Virus genome (UHGV): UHGV-0122704
DNA length: 43,652 bases
Source of the DNA: a virus
Direction: 5' to 3' (one strand)
A program made the translations under genes and the position numbers. Each line of letters begins with the position of its first letter. Positions within the stretch are counted from its first letter, which is position 1. This document shows, piece by piece, positions 42,383 through 43,652 of this stretch. The notes under the pieces were generated by a model, which saw nothing but the letters and a program-made list of their open reading frames with translations, ran no database searches and was not told the DNA's origin.

Positions 42383-43652
42383 ATGGCGTTAATTAGATTA
42401 GTAGCTCCAGAGCGGGTATTCTCCGACTTGGCGAGCATGGTAGCATATCCAAACTTTCAGGTGCAGGACAAGATTATCCTACTGGGCAGTGGTGGTGGGG
42501 ATTTCACCTTTACTACTGCTGCGTCGGTAGTAGATAACGGGACTGTGTTTGCTGTGCCCGGTGGGTATCTGCTCCGTAAATTCACGGGCCCGGCATACAG
42601 CTCCTGGTTCAGCAATTGGGCAGGCATAGTCACGTTCATGAGCGCGCCTAATAGGCACCTGGTTGTGGACACAGTCCTGCAGGCCACGAGTGTGCTCAAC
42701 ATCAAAAGCAACTCTACGCTAGAGTTTACCGATACCGGAAGAATCCTACCGGACGCTGCGGTTGCGCGTCAGGTGCTTAATATTATCGGCGCGGCACCAT
42801 CGGCGTTCGTACCGTTAGCGGCGGACGCTGCGGCGGGCAGCAAAGTCATTACGGTGGCTGCTGGTGCTTTGTCTGTGGTAAAAGGTACGTACTTGTATCT
42901 TCGCTCTAACAAGCTATGCGACGGTGGGCCTAACACCTACGGGGTAAAGATTTCCCAGATTAGGAAAGTGGTGGGTGTTAGCACCTCCGGTGGCGTCACC
43001 AGCATTCGGCTGGATAAAGCGCTGCACTATAACTACTACCTGTCTGATGCTGCGGAAGTAGGTATCCCGACAATGGTGGAGAACGTAACCTTAGTATCCC
43101 CGTACATCAACGAGTTCGGCTACGACGATTTGAACCGGTTCTTTACTATCGGTATCTCTGCCAACTTTGCCGCGGACTTGCACATCCAGGACGGGGTTAT
43201 TATTGGCAACAAACGCCCAGGGGCTTCTGATATAGAAGGGCGTAGCGCTATCAAGTTCAATAACTGCGTAGACAGCACCGTTAAGGGTACGTACTTCTAC
43301 AACATCGGATGGTACGGGGTAGAGGTGCTCGGCTGCTCAGAGGACACGGAAGTACACGATATCCACGCTATGGACGTACGCCACGCAATCTCTTTGAACT
43401 GGCAGAGCACTGCAGACGGGGACAAGTGGGGAGAGCCTATCGAGTTCTTAGGCGTTAACTGCGAAGCCTACAGCACAACCCATGCTGGATTTGATACTCA
43501 CGACATTGGTAAGCGTGTGAAGTTCGTTCGCTGCGTTTCGTACGACAGTGCTGACGATGGGTTCCAAGCGCGCACTAACGGGGTAGAGTACTTGAACTGT
43601 CGAGCTTACCGTGCAGCTCTGGACGGGTTCGCCTCCAACACCGGTGTAGCCT
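42383..43652 (+). CDS. Tailspike / putative capsule depolymerase, N-terminal part (3'-truncated by window end; probably continues at 1..686)
   Basis: ATG 42383 directly after the endolysin stop; no stop codon before the window end. N-terminus lacks a T7 gp17-like adaptor domain. Confidence 0.75.
   Translation, partial: MALIRLVAPERVFSDLASMVAYPNFQVQDKIILLGSGGGDFTFTTAASVVDNGTVFAVPGGYLLRKFTGPAYSSWFSNWAGIVTFMSAPNRHLVVDTVLQATSVLNIKSNSTLEFTDTGRILPDAAVARQVLNIIGAAPSAFVPLAADAAAGSKVITVAAGALSVVKGTYLYLRSNKLCDGGPNTYGVKISQIRKVVGVSTSGGVTSIRLDKALHYNYYLSDAAEVGIPTMVENVTLVSPYINEFGYDDLNRFFTIGISANFAADLHIQDGVIIGNKRPGASDIEGRSAIKFNNCVDSTVKGTYFYNIGWYGVEVLGCSEDTEVHDIHAMDVRHAISLNWQSTADGDKWGEPIEFLGVNCEAYSTTHAGFDTHDIGKRVKFVRCVSYDSADDGFQARTNGVEYLNCRAYRAALDGFASNTGVA

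Noticed and set aside
1-43652. CRISPR array, rRNA, tRNA or integrase/attachment site
   Set aside because: No spaced identical repeats, no rRNA or tRNA signatures and no integrase-like ORF were seen; the layout is that of a strictly lytic T7-group phage.

Overview
This window reads as an essentially complete, circularly permuted genome of a T7-supergroup podovirus (Autographiviridae) with phiKMV-like organisation. All convincing genes are on the + strand; no rRNA, tRNA or CRISPR array was recognised. The single-subunit RNA polymerase (20107..22575) lies after the DNA-metabolism genes and immediately before the structural module, not at the early end as in T7. Gene order is: early genes of unknown function (3084..8504), separate primase and helicase, family-A DNA polymerase, HNH endonucleases, metallophosphoesterase, 5'-3' exonuclease, endonuclease VII, RNAP, then portal, scaffold, major capsid, an intrinsic terminator, tail tube A/B, three internal virion proteins, a T7 gp17-like short tail fibre, small and large terminase, a lysis cassette (lipobox+TMD spanin-like protein, two-TMD holin, SAR-type GH24 endolysin) and a tailspike. 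The tailspike ORF runs off the 3' end of the window and an in-phase open frame continues from base 3 to 686, so the window appears to be opened inside that gene. The tailspike-after-lysis layout and the T7-like enterobacterial codon bias of the capsid gene suggest a KP34/Drulisvirus-like Klebsiella phage, but that is inference from layout, not a database result. The most unusual signals are: a 19-bp motif (TAATGTTACAGGAGTAGGA) present three times plus one degenerate copy; a ~30-bp intergenic stem-loop motif with a compensatory base-pair change; a CTAG-rich short-repeat array in the 820-bp non-coding region 1245..2066 (probable genome terminus); and an early block of uncharacterised genes. No known defence or anti-defence system could be identified with confidence; the early block is the best candidate and is flagged as such. 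All calls rest on by-eye motif recognition and the supplied ORF track; no searches were run.
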